Below, one piece after another: positions 52,356 to 62,253 of a DNA stretch of 64,000 nucleotides. Position 1 is the first letter of the stretch. Each line of letters begins with the position of its first letter. Source of the DNA: Bdellovibrionales bacterium (GTDB taxonomy: Bacteria; Bdellovibrionota; Bdellovibrionia; Bdellovibrionales; UBA1609); the NCBI GenBank assembly GCA_965261545.1, contig CBDHDF010000011.1, forward strand, positions 896,001-960,000. The letters run 5' to 3'. The position numbers and the translations under genes are program-made. Below the pieces are notes generated by a model. It did no database searches, was not told the origin of the DNA, and saw only the letters and a program-made list of their open reading frames with translations.

Positions 52356-53549
52356 TCATACTATAGCTAAAAGTGGTCGCCGAGCCCCTTTTTCCTTAAA
52401 AGGATCAAATTGTCGACCTCTATCGCCACTTGTAATACTATCCACTTGAGGCATCACATCGAGAACATCAGTTGCACCTTTAACTTCAATTCCCGCAAAT
52501 CTGACATAAATCTGGAAAGTTTTTATATCTCTCCATCCACCGATTTTCATAACGGTGGCCTGATCGATCCCAGAAGCTAGCATGTGAGTGGCAAAGCAGG
52601 CTCTTAGTGAATGAAAGACGACATTGCTTTCAATGCCCAAGCCTTTCAAATATTGACGCAATACATCGCCAGCCTGACCATTCTTCCAAGCATAATGCCT
52701 CTCAAGAACAAAGTCTTCGGGTTGAGTATTACCTCCCCTTAATTTCAAAATGACCGATTTTAGATCATTTGAAATAGGAACAGATCGCCAGTACCCAGCC
52801 TTAGTGCTTTTGATAGTGCGGCGAGTATTATTGTAGGACTTCGATACGGTTATGATTCCCTTTTCGAGGTCAATGTCCCTCCACTGAAGGGCCATTAACT
52901 CTCCACTTCGCATTCCCGTACAAATAGCAAAAGCCCATGTGGGATACCAAGGGCTGTCGTTAAATCTGGCATTTTTAAGGAGAGTCCTAAGTTCATCTTT
53001 CGTGAGAATCTTAGGGACCCTTTCTTCCTTAGTTCCTACAATCAGACCTTCAGTTGGGCTCGAATGAATACCTAAAATGTATTTTTCCTCAACGGCCCAC
53101 TTAAACACAACATTGATAGAAGACTTGATATTCCTTAAAAGCCCCACTCCAGCACCATTGGCCTTAGCTGAGTCCAGAACCTGTCTTCCATCACCCTTGG
53201 TTAAGTCAGAAGCTCTACAGTCCCACCAGATATGGGTATAATTCCTTAATCTGTTGACATGAGCCTGTATGGTTAGCTTATCTGAGTACTTATCCCCAAG
53301 ATGCCCAACCCTAGCTTTGACTTCCCACCGATCTACAATCTCACCCCAAGTGAGACCGCGACCTTCAAGTTTTCCGACTTCCTCAATAACGCTCCTTAAG
53401 AGCCTTTTTTCCTCCCTTAAGGCTTTCTTCAAAGTCGGAATATTCTTCTTACTTCTTTGAAGCCTTAAGCTCGGGCTCAACCTTCCTCGTGTCTGAACAG
53501 ATACTCGAAAAAGTTCTACTCCATTATTTTTATAACTATTTACTGCCAT
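52356..53549 (-). CDS. Tyrosine recombinase/integrase 1
   Basis: TGMRSGEL, TK, FHSLRACFAT, GGW...FQIY; start set at MAVNSY by comparison with the paralog. Confidence 0.93.
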   Translation of the reverse strand: MAVNSYKNNGVELFRVSVQTRGRLSPSLRLQRSKKNIPTLKKALREEKRLLRSVIEEVGKLEGRGLTWGEIVDRWEVKARVGHLGDKYSDKLTIQAHVNRLRNYTHIWWDCRASDLTKGDGRQVLDSAKANGAGVGLLRNIKSSINVVFKWAVEEKYILGIHSSPTEGLIVGTKEERVPKILTKDELRTLLKNARFNDSPWYPTWAFAICTGMRSGELMALQWRDIDLEKGIITVSKSYNNTRRTIKSTKAGYWRSVPISNDLKSVILKLRGGNTQPEDFVLERHYAWKNGQAGDVLRQYLKGLGIESNVVFHSLRACFATHMLASGIDQATVMKIGGWRDIKTFQIYVRFAGIEVKGATDVLDVMPQVDSITSGDRGRQFDPFKEKGARRPLLAIV

Positions 53550-53811
53550 TATAAGCCTCCTTAAATGCTGAGGTTTCAATAAGGGCACAAAGTTCATCTT
53601 TCCTGAAGTAAAGTCTTCCCCGAAACTTCCTCGCTCTTAGAATCCCCCTATGAACAAGAATCCTAATCGCATTGGTATTTTTCCGAAGATATTGAACAGC
53701 TTCTTCCGTCGTTAACCAAACCAAATTTTCAAAGAACAAATCAGGGGCGCAAGTTCTATGACTCACATTCTGATCCCTGCCACTTTCCGTCTGACAGTTA
53801 CCTGAAACCAT
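53536..53811 (-). CDS. Excisionase-like HTH protein 1
   Basis: WLTTEEAVQYLRK...LYFRKDEL; overlaps the integrase start. Confidence 0.8.
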   Translation of the reverse strand: MVSGNCQTESGRDQNVSHRTCAPDLFFENLVWLTTEEAVQYLRKNTNAIRILVHRGILRARKFRGRLYFRKDELCALIETSAFKEAYNGSK

Positions 53812-53953
53812 ATCAAAACCCTCTTGGTTAGGCAAGTGAGAATTTCTAGAAACTTTCACAGAATTAGGGAATTTTTTAGAAAAAATTAGGTTAATCTTGC
53901 GACAAGTATCAATCAAGAACCTTCATTACTTTGATGATAGAATAAAAATCACA

Positions 53954-54421
53954 TCAAGTTTTTTCTGCCTTTTTTTCCTGAATCCACTTAATAAAATTCC
54001 TTACTGATTCCATCCACTCCCAATCATCCTCAAAGATCTCAGAAATACTCTCGGCGCGATGTGTCGTGTATTCTGCAATCCTCAGAGGAAACTCTTTTTG
54101 ACCATTGTTTAACAGGATATCTAAAGTCATTCTGATTTCATCAAGAATTTGATCGTGACCATGCTCTGTGTATCTGACATATCCTTCTGGAAAGTTAATC
54201 GCTTCATCAATAACCTTTTTTGCTCTCTCTAAGTCTCCGTTTGCTTGTCTTAAAGATATGGTCGCTATGAGTATCTTACGCAAAATTTTATCAGATTGAG
54301 CCCTCACCCATATAATAGATGATAAACTATCTATACCTAAGCAAGAGACTTTCTCTCTGATGCTGTCCAGATTTAAAGTATAATCTGAAAGGGCTACATC
54401 TAAAAACCGCTCTGATGTCAT
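53954..54421 (-). CDS. Hypothetical helical protein, 155 aa (last gene of the operon)
   Basis: 5 bp downstream of the DUF3326 gene, SD AAGGA; no motif recognised. Confidence 0.7.
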   Translation of the reverse strand: MTSERFLDVALSDYTLNLDSIREKVSCLGIDSLSSIIWVRAQSDKILRKILIATISLRQANGDLERAKKVIDEAINFPEGYVRYTEHGHDQILDEIRMTLDILLNNGQKEFPLRIAEYTTHRAESISEIFEDDWEWMESVRNFIKWIQEKKAEKT

Positions 54422-54426
54422 ATCCT

Positions 54427-55803
54427 TTAATCTAACCTCAAAACATTATTACCTATTATCTTTTTTTCTTCAGTGATATTCTCAATCTTACTCTCCAAAC
54501 TTTGCAAAGTGTGAAATGGTCTGCGAACAGAAAAAGGAGAAATTCCGTTTTTTATCGCATTTAGAACTCCAATGGCTTCCCAATAATTTTCTACACAAAA
54601 GAATTGACCGGTCTTCCAGGGAAGCTCACTCAGGCTGTTATTCATCAAGTTCTTATTTTCTTTCACTGCAATAACCTTAATGCCTTGTTCTAATGCAGCC
54701 AAGGTTGGTAAGCCAAGGCAGCCATCAGGAATCACTATGCATGAAATATCCTTTGCTGAAATAATATTGTCACAATAAAATGCATCCTGATCAGTAATAA
54801 TTTTAGGGCTTTGGTGGAGACCTTTTAAAACACAGTGCAAATAACTTGTAGAGACAGCCTCGGCGGACATTCTAGCATCCACAATGCCAGAATCCATATT
54901 GGCAATTTCAAGCGACTCAAACATAGGAGAATGAGCTGATGGAACATTAAATTTATAAGATAAAGCATGTGTTAGCATAGCCTCAACTCCCCCCCAAGGA
55001 TTAACCATGTCGCCCTCACTTCTGAAATAATCCATATGGTAACTCTTGGGAACCTCTATTATTGAGGATATAGCCACAGCATCATAATTTCCTTCATATT
55101 TTCTCAGAAGAGAGAACAGGTTGTTAATATTCTCTATAACTCCGGAAGCTCTTGCAGATTTGGCATATAAAGATTTCATTCGTATAGAAGGCCTTAGTTT
55201 AACAATATCAGAGCATTCAATCCCAAGAGTTGCTCTTGCTGCATTAATTGAATTAACCGCTGCATTTTCAAAAATCTTATGCTCATTTTCATCTATAATT
55301 GCCAGAATTCTATTGAACCTAACAGGCTGTAATCCAATAGTTCCCATCAATAAACGACAAATCGTACTGCCTTCTACATATAAACTGTTAGTGGTCATTT
55401 CGTTTATATCAGATGCATTAAAAACATTAGGGTGGGTGATGAGATTGTCACAAACGGATGCTATAAGTCTTGCTATGGGCGTGGCATCTCCGGCATGTCC
55501 CCCTATCTCACATCCAATACCAGTTGGAACGAGAAAGGCGATATTAAAATTTTTGGTGTTTTCAAACTTACGTTTTTTAAATTCAAAAAGAGTTTTGGCT
55601 TCATCAAAACCGCTCATATTTTCAGTGCTTAAAACGCCAACTTCACATTTGTATTTAGATTTTAAACTGTCAGTGATGACCATTCTTATGGGTAAAAGAC
55701 CTCGTTTACTTAATTTAACAGAAATTTCATTTTCAAGATAATTCAATAGATTTTCATTATTTTTAATCTTAGGAAGTAAAAGACTAGTTTCTGATAATTT
55801 CAT
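54427..55803 (-). CDS. DUF3326-domain protein
   Basis: VPTGIGCEIGGHAGDA, LITHPNVFNASD, YVEG, PWGGVEAMLTH, AHSP, CVLKGL. Confidence 0.85.
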   Translation of the reverse strand: MKLSETSLLLPKIKNNENLLNYLENEISVKLSKRGLLPIRMVITDSLKSKYKCEVGVLSTENMSGFDEAKTLFEFKKRKFENTKNFNIAFLVPTGIGCEIGGHAGDATPIARLIASVCDNLITHPNVFNASDINEMTTNSLYVEGSTICRLLMGTIGLQPVRFNRILAIIDENEHKIFENAAVNSINAARATLGIECSDIVKLRPSIRMKSLYAKSARASGVIENINNLFSLLRKYEGNYDAVAISSIIEVPKSYHMDYFRSEGDMVNPWGGVEAMLTHALSYKFNVPSAHSPMFESLEIANMDSGIVDARMSAEAVSTSYLHCVLKGLHQSPKIITDQDAFYCDNIISAKDISCIVIPDGCLGLPTLAALEQGIKVIAVKENKNLMNNSLSELPWKTGQFFCVENYWEAIGVLNAIKNGISPFSVRRPFHTLQSLESKIENITEEKKIIGNNVLRLD

Positions 55804-55808
55804 AAATA

Positions 55809-56972
55809 TTAACCTCCAAAATGACTTACATATTCTTCAAATGTAAAATGCTTTACTTTCTTTAAATCAGACTTGCCCTTTAAACAATAAATATCTGGTA
55901 AATTAATACCATTGAATGTATGAGATTTTACTAATGAGTAATGTCCTACATTTTTAAAAATTATCTTTGAGCCTAACTTTAATTTATCTTGAAAATAATA
56001 TGTGCCAAACATATCACCAGCCAAACAACTACAACCAGCTAGTATATATTCATTTTTATATTTTTTTTGATGGCCAAAAACATCAGGTTCATATTGATAC
56101 TCAAATACCTCTGGAAGGTGGTTAATGGTAGTGTCTAATATAGCAATATTCTTTTCTTTTCTCTGGAAAATATCAATAACAGAAGAGACGAGGTAGCCAC
56201 TATCGCCAACAAAAAAACTTCCCGGCTCTATTATAACATTGGTAAAATTATAATTCTGCTCAATTTCATTGAGAAGCTCATGAAATAAAGAAAGATTATC
56301 AGATTCATCAAACAAATAACCTCCACCTAAGTTAATCCATTGAAATTTCTTGAGGTCATCTTTGAGATGGGACTTAATTTTTAGGAAAGTCTCTGTTAAT
56401 TGAGATAAGTCTTTACTTTCACAGTTTGTATGTAAATGAAGACCACTGATTTTTTTAAAAAAATTTGCATCCTTGGATATATTCTCTTTGAGTTGTTCAA
56501 TAGGTACGCCAAGTTTTGAAAATTTATGGCAAGGATTATATCGGTCATCTTTTATAAAAGAAATTTCTGGATTTACTCTTATTCCATAACTCTGGTCTTT
56601 TCGTAATTTTTTTTCAAAGAAAGAAATTTGTTCTAAAGAATTAAATACCAAATAGCTAATATTATTTGAAATAGATCCCCATTGATCCTCTCTGATTCCA
56701 GGACTGACAAAATGAATGTTTTTCTTTTGTTGACACATAGTTTTCACTAATTGAGATTCAAATAAAGAACTCACAGAAAAACCATCTACTTGAGGCTCTA
56801 GCTCTCTTAATACATTATACAAAGGTAATGCTTTTACTGAATAAAGAATTTTGCACTTTAATCCACTAGTGATTTGATGGAGAAACTTTGCCTTCTCATT
56901 TACTTTATTTAAATTATAAATAAAGTAGGGAGTATTATTTATATCCTGAAGAGGCCAGGAGATATCCTTCAT
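55809..56972 (-). CDS. Carboxynorspermidine-decarboxylase-like PLP-dependent (group IV) decarboxylase
   Basis: PLP lysine YSVKA, RVNPE...YNPC...SKLG, GLHLH, NLGGG, EPG, SCLAGD, VKSHTFNG (NspC-type). Confidence 0.88.
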   Translation of the reverse strand: MKDISWPLQDINNTPYFIYNLNKVNEKAKFLHQITSGLKCKILYSVKALPLYNVLRELEPQVDGFSVSSLFESQLVKTMCQQKKNIHFVSPGIREDQWGSISNNISYLVFNSLEQISFFEKKLRKDQSYGIRVNPEISFIKDDRYNPCHKFSKLGVPIEQLKENISKDANFFKKISGLHLHTNCESKDLSQLTETFLKIKSHLKDDLKKFQWINLGGGYLFDESDNLSLFHELLNEIEQNYNFTNVIIEPGSFFVGDSGYLVSSVIDIFQRKEKNIAILDTTINHLPEVFEYQYEPDVFGHQKKYKNEYILAGCSCLAGDMFGTYYFQDKLKLGSKIIFKNVGHYSLVKSHTFNGINLPDIYCLKGKSDLKKVKHFTFEEYVSHFGG

Positions 56973-57730
56973 TTAAGAACTCCCATCTTTTTAAAATAAA
57001 ATGTTGCAAATCCTGAGAATATTTCTGATTCTTCTGCTAGATCTTTTGCCCGATTTTTTGCCAATTCTTTTATTTGAAGTATGTTATTCGGATCTTTCTT
57101 TATACACTCATATATGTGTTTATAATCCCGAAACTTACTTGCTCTCTCCTCCATGACTTCTTGACTATTTATTCCTGTCAATTTAATGGTCTCCGTTCCT
57201 CTATTACATTTTCCGATGGCTTTTATCATAATAGGTATCTCGTTTTTTCCGGGAAGGTCATATTCTATAAATTGAGATGGGTCCTCTTCTAAAGGGTTAA
57301 TCAGTAGCGGTTGTTCTTTGTGGAGATTATCTTTCTTATTATAAGCTCTTTTAGACTCATCTTCTAGTGGGAAATGTGTTTTCTTAGAAGTTTGATTGCA
57401 AGTCTTGCATGCAATGAGGAGGTTTTCCCACTCATAGGATAGCCACCAATAACCTTGATGTTGAGGCTGTTCTTTAACCTCGGATTTAGGACGAAAATGT
57501 TCAACATCGCTTTCTCGCCTTTGATCTCTCTTTCTTTCACAATAACAGCACTTATGATGTTGAGATTTATGAAGAAATTTCTTAATTTCTTCATTACGCC
57601 ATAAATTCTCAAATGTCTTTGAGTTTAATTCATTATTGTTGACTGCATCTTCAATCTTGTTAAGAACTCTGGTCTTCTTAGAGTCCATGAAATTATTTTC
57701 AGGAGGCTCTCTTCGATTAATTTTTATCAT
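56969..57730 (-). CDS. HNH endonuclease, PtuB/retron-effector-like
   Basis: CCYCE, DVEHFRPK, YWWLSYEWENLLIACKTCN, FPL, LLINP. Confidence 0.88.
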   Translation of the reverse strand: MIKINRREPPENNFMDSKKTRVLNKIEDAVNNNELNSKTFENLWRNEEIKKFLHKSQHHKCCYCERKRDQRRESDVEHFRPKSEVKEQPQHQGYWWLSYEWENLLIACKTCNQTSKKTHFPLEDESKRAYNKKDNLHKEQPLLINPLEEDPSQFIEYDLPGKNEIPIMIKAIGKCNRGTETIKLTGINSQEVMEERASKFRDYKHIYECIKKDPNNILQIKELAKNRAKDLAEESEIFSGFATFYFKKMGVLK

Positions 57731-57747
57731 TTTGTAGTACCAACTTC

Positions 57748-58962
57748 TTACTTTTTAAGTAATTGAATTAGTTCATTTACTCTTTTTCTGTCCTTTTCAT
57801 GATCCCACATAGGAAGTTCCCCTAGTTCAGACTCAATTTTCTTTAACCTATTTTTTTCTTCTTCAGTTCTAGAAGAAGTTTCCTTAAGATATATGTCTTT
57901 ATATTCTTTTAATAAACCTTCAGTACGCTTATTTCTTGTATCTGAAAGGTCAAAGATATCAGAAGTTAATATTTGATCGACTCTATAGCCCCTGAAGTCT
58001 CGTTTTAGATCGAAGCTCTCAGTATCACTATGTCCGTTTACATAGGAAGCTTTAATCAGTTGTGGCTCACCCTCCTCTAAATCAGCAAGTCCTAAAACAC
58101 AAATGGGAGTATGTGTACTACATATAAATTGTACTTTTGGAAACTTATCTGATAATGATTTTATAATGCTTCTTTGCCATCTTGGGTGTAGGTGTTGCTC
58201 AATTTCATCAATTATTACGATTCCTGAAATCTCATCTAAATTGAATGTATCACTACTTAGAAGCTTCCAGCTTAGAAAATCTAAAATAACAGAGGTTAAT
58301 GATTGGTAGCCATCACTTAGAGAGTTAAATGACATTTTTCTCCATTTTTTTGTTTCAACATATAGTCCTTTTTTTTCTAAAGTAATCTTATCGTTATCAT
58401 CTAATGTTAAAATTTCTTTTAAAATATTTTCTAACTTCTTCCATTCTTTCTCAGATTCACTGTAAATCCTTCTTGCACCTAGCTCTACATTTTGCAAACC
58501 AAATTCATAATTAAAAAGAGTATATAAAGAGTCAACGAGAGCATATTCTTCATAAGATTCTGTGCCTCTTATAGTCCTTCCTGACCCATAAGCTACAGCA
58601 AATATATCTTCTCTAGATTCTTTAGCTAATCCTTTAGGTTGAGAAATGGTCTCATTATTGCCATCTGAAACTATTTCAGTCTTGATTGTATATTCCTTAT
58701 TTGTATCATCTTTTAAAAAAACTTCAATAAAGCCCTCTTTTTCTTCATGTCTTAAAAAACCTCCATGTAATTCCGCAAGAAGAGCTGAAGCTCCTTCTTT
58801 ATCACATAATCCTATCGCCAGGCTTCTTAGAATTGTTGTTTTTCCTTGTCCATTATCTCCAGAAAGAAGAGACCAATTTTTTATCTCATTGTTATCTTCA
58901 AATGAAATCTCTACTTCTTTAAAGCACTTAATATTTTTAAGTATTAATTTTGATATTTTCAT
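57748..58962 (-). CDS. ABC-type ATPase, PtuA-like
   Basis: GDNGQGKT, LSDGYQ, IIDEIEQHLHPRWQ, STHTP. Confidence 0.9.
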   Translation of the reverse strand: MKISKLILKNIKCFKEVEISFEDNNEIKNWSLLSGDNGQGKTTILRSLAIGLCDKEGASALLAELHGGFLRHEEKEGFIEVFLKDDTNKEYTIKTEIVSDGNNETISQPKGLAKESREDIFAVAYGSGRTIRGTESYEEYALVDSLYTLFNYEFGLQNVELGARRIYSESEKEWKKLENILKEILTLDDNDKITLEKKGLYVETKKWRKMSFNSLSDGYQSLTSVILDFLSWKLLSSDTFNLDEISGIVIIDEIEQHLHPRWQRSIIKSLSDKFPKVQFICSTHTPICVLGLADLEEGEPQLIKASYVNGHSDTESFDLKRDFRGYRVDQILTSDIFDLSDTRNKRTEGLLKEYKDIYLKETSSRTEEEKNRLKKIESELGELPMWDHEKDRKRVNELIQLLKK

Positions 58963-59493
58963 TTCCTAATTGATTCCTTGTGCTTTTAATAGTTTATTTA
59001 TTCAATATCTTAATGTTTTGCTTTTAAGCTAGGGGTCTTCTCATAAGGCTTTTCATTATGAATAAATTCCATGGGTAAGGTTGGAGAAATACAGCCATTG
59101 GTTGCTTCTCTTAATATCTTAGTGCTGGAGAGTCTGCAGTTCTCAATTTTGCACTATATGTTGTCAACGCAGCGCATATAAATGCTATATGTAGCGGTTT
59201 TCTTGAAAACTGCGGTCTCTTCAAATTAATAGTTAAAGTTGGAATCTTTCCTCCCTTTTCCTTATGGAGGTATAGCCTAGCTGTATTAAAATAGCTCTTT
59301 GCATTATATTGTAAAAGAACTGCTATAGAACTACCGATATTTCCTAGAAATGACAACATTTTTTAGGCTCTTCCTTTACAATTCAAAGTGGAAGTGATTG
59401 AGCCGGAGATGAAAACTCCTCAAAGGACATCAAGCTTAAGGTGCCCCCTTACAAGAATCCAAAATAAATTACCACAAAGTACAATGAGGAGCT

Positions 59494-60222
59494 ATTGGGT
59501 AGAAGGGCCGGTTACCCGACCCAACCCCCGTTCCCACCACATCGTGCCCAATTAAGGCAATAGGCAGACGATAACTCCACTCACTCAACTATATCAATAT
59601 CGATCTATTCCCACAGTCTTCATCCCATTCAACTCATGGAAATACCCAGTGAGTGACCCTTGTTCACCTAGGACATCCGCCCATGTGACATCTTGGGATC
59701 CTCACCAGATAGATGAACTACCCTCTTCAGTTTCGTTTCCGTAATGTTGTTGGACTTTGTTAATCCCATTTACGTTTCTCTTCAAAGGTTAGAGTTACCT
59801 AAGCCCCTTCCCTCTACGGTCGTTACTCGCTTCATCGGTACTATGGACTCGCTGACTCCCTCATGTTCATTTCACCATTCTTGCTGTTTAGGCTTGTTTG
59901 GCAATACCCCATCCTAGGGGAACATGAGGGTCTCCCACGCTCACAAATACACCTTCAAAAAAGTGCCATGCTCTCAGACCCCGGCGGCGCCACCCTTGTT
60001 CTCCTCAGTTACAAAAGGGTGATGTTGTCTTCCACTTCTTGAACAGTGTCGACCACCACGGTATAAAATCTTTCGAGGCTCAATCACTTCAACCTTACGG
60101 CCCTTCTTTCTTGCTATCTACGCTTAACTCATATTGTTATGAGCCCAAGACTCGCTGCGGAGTGCGCTGAGGCACTTCTCCGTGTGGACTTTCACCACCG
60201 ATGTATTTACCTCGTGGCGCAC
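59494..60222 (-). mobile_element. ORF-less group II intron (about 729 nt)
   Basis: 5' GTGCGCCACGAG, 3' CTACCCAAT; DV/DVI hairpins; EBS1 loop TCAAGA pairs with exon TTTTGA; RT0 remnant FHELNGMKTVGID. Confidence 0.85.
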
Positions 60223-60360
60223 TCAAAATTTTTTTCTATTTGTGTATTACAGCATTTATCCATCCAAGTCTTTAATTTTATTAATGAAAAATGAATTCAC
60301 ACTCATGCTAAACTATTCCTACAAAATACTGAGAAATACTTTTTGTTATGGAAAAAGGCA

Positions 60361-61515
60361 TTAGCCTCTTCCCATAAAATTGCTCATATCTAAGACCCTG
60401 TCACTTGCACTCGCCTGGGGCATCACGTCAAGAGCATCTGTTGCACCTTTAACATCAATCCCTGCAAGCCTGACATAAATCTGAAAAGTCTTGATGTCTC
60501 TCCAACCACCAATTTTCATAACAGTGGCTTGGTCGACCCCAGATGCCAGCATATGAGTGGCAAAGCAAGCCCTCAGTGAATGAAAGACGACATTGCTTTC
60601 AATGTCTAAGTCTTTTAAATATTGCCGCAGTACCTTGCCAGCCTGACCGTTTTTCCAAGCATAATGCCTTTCAAGGACAAAGCCTTCTGAGGGAGCGTCT
60701 TTTCTCAACTCTAAAATGACCGTTTTTAGGTCATTTGAAATAGGAATAGATCGCCAGTACCCAGCCTTAGTGCTTTTGATCGTACGGCGAGTGTTATTGT
60801 AGGACTTCGATACGGTTATAATTCCTTTTTCGAGGTCAATGTCCTTCCACTGAAGGGCCATTAGCTCTCCGCTTCTCATACCAGTGCAAACAGCAAAAGC
60901 CCATGTGGGATACCAAGGATTGTTGCTTGCTTTAGCCTGCTTAAGAAGCACCCTAAGCTCATCTTTTGTGAGAATCTTAGGGACCCTTTCTTCCTTAGTT
61001 CCCACCGTCAAGCCTTCAGTGGGGCTTGAGTGAACACCTAAAGCGTATTTCTCCTCAACCGCCCACCTAAACACAACATTGACGGAAGATTTGATACTCC
61101 TTAAAAGGCCAGTGCCAGCACCCTTGGCTTTTGCTGAATCTAGAACCTGCCTTCCATCACCCTTGGTTAAATCAGAAACCCTACAGTTCCACCAGATTTG
61201 TGTGTAATTTCTTAATCTGTTGACATGGGCTTGTATGGTTAAGTTATCTGAGTATTTATCCCCCAGATGCCCAATCTTAGCTTTAATTTCCCATCGGTCT
61301 ACAATCTCACCCCAAGTGAGACCACGACCTTCAAGTTTTGCAACCTCCTGAGTGACGCTCTGTAAGAGTTTTTTTTCAACTCTTAAGGCTTCTTTCAAGG
61401 TGGGAATATTCTTCTTACTTCTTTGCAGCCTTAAGGTTCGAATCAATCTTCCTCGTGCCTGAACAGAAACCCTAAAAAATTCCACTTCATTTTTATTATA
61501 GCTATTAATTGCCAT
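60361..61515 (-). CDS. Tyrosine recombinase/integrase 2
   Basis: Close paralog of integrase 1 with the same catalytic motifs. Confidence 0.93.
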   Translation of the reverse strand: MAINSYNKNEVEFFRVSVQARGRLIRTLRLQRSKKNIPTLKEALRVEKKLLQSVTQEVAKLEGRGLTWGEIVDRWEIKAKIGHLGDKYSDNLTIQAHVNRLRNYTQIWWNCRVSDLTKGDGRQVLDSAKAKGAGTGLLRSIKSSVNVVFRWAVEEKYALGVHSSPTEGLTVGTKEERVPKILTKDELRVLLKQAKASNNPWYPTWAFAVCTGMRSGELMALQWKDIDLEKGIITVSKSYNNTRRTIKSTKAGYWRSIPISNDLKTVILELRKDAPSEGFVLERHYAWKNGQAGKVLRQYLKDLDIESNVVFHSLRACFATHMLASGVDQATVMKIGGWRDIKTFQIYVRLAGIDVKGATDALDVMPQASASDRVLDMSNFMGRG

Positions 61516-61778
61516 TATAAGCCCTCCTTAAATGCTGAGGTTTCAATAAGGACACAAAGCTCATCTTTTCTGAAGTAAAGTCTTCTCCGAAACTTCCTTG
61601 CTCTTAGAAGCCCTCTATGAACAAGAATCCTAACCGCATTGGCACTTTTCCGAAGGTACTGAGCAGCTTCTTCTGTTGTTAACCAAACTAAATTGTCAAA
61701 GAGCAAATCAGGGTCGTGCGTTTCGTGACTGGCACCCTGACCTCTGTCACCTTTTGTTTGACAGTTATCTAAAATCAT
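61515..61778 (-). CDS. Excisionase-like HTH protein 2
   Basis: Paralog of 53536-53811; TAATG coupling to the integrase. Confidence 0.82.
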   Translation of the reverse strand: MILDNCQTKGDRGQGASHETHDPDLLFDNLVWLTTEEAAQYLRKSANAVRILVHRGLLRARKFRRRLYFRKDELCVLIETSAFKEGL

Positions 61779-61864
61779 ATCAAAACCTCCTTAGTTGAAC
61801 AATTATAAAATCCTTTAAAATATCCATAACACAACATGCATATTTACCATAAAACATCATAAAA

Positions 61865-62224
61865 CTAGGTTTGATTTTGTGACAAATATTGGTCAAAAAC
61901 CTCCATCATCTTCAATTCTAATTGCTCCTTAGAACCATGAAACTGGGTTAACTTTTTTCTTAGAAAAACCTCTCTTCTATCATTATGGGACATAGAGTCC
62001 TCTTGGGCTTTTGTAATAACTTTTTCCAAAAACTTTTCATCTGCAAGATAGAGAAGGTTTTCAAGAATACCTCCGGTCTTTACCTTTCTCCCAAAGGACT
62101 TCTTATTAGCTCTATCCACAAGTTTTGAGACTTTTCTCATAAAGCTCCTGTGGCAGCGTATAGTTGAGGAATCACTCTTCTTTGGAGCCTTCCTGATAGG
62201 GGTTGAAATATTACTTTGTTCCAT
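61865..62224 (-). CDS. Hypothetical protein (start probably MEQSN after SD AGGAGG)
   Basis: ORF between the relaxase and excisionase genes. Confidence 0.6.
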   Translation of the reverse strand: MEQSNISTPIRKAPKKSDSSTIRCHRSFMRKVSKLVDRANKKSFGRKVKTGGILENLLYLADEKFLEKVITKAQEDSMSHNDRREVFLRKKLTQFHGSKEQLELKMMEVFDQYLSQNQT

Positions 62225-62253
62225 ACGACCTCCTTGGTGTAGGGTTTGGGTTT

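Noticed and set aside
58963..59493. Retron msr-msd, or a real 82-aa gene, upstream of the PtuA-like gene
   Set aside because: No retron RT nearby and no a1/a2 inverted repeats recognised; the ORF has no motif support.
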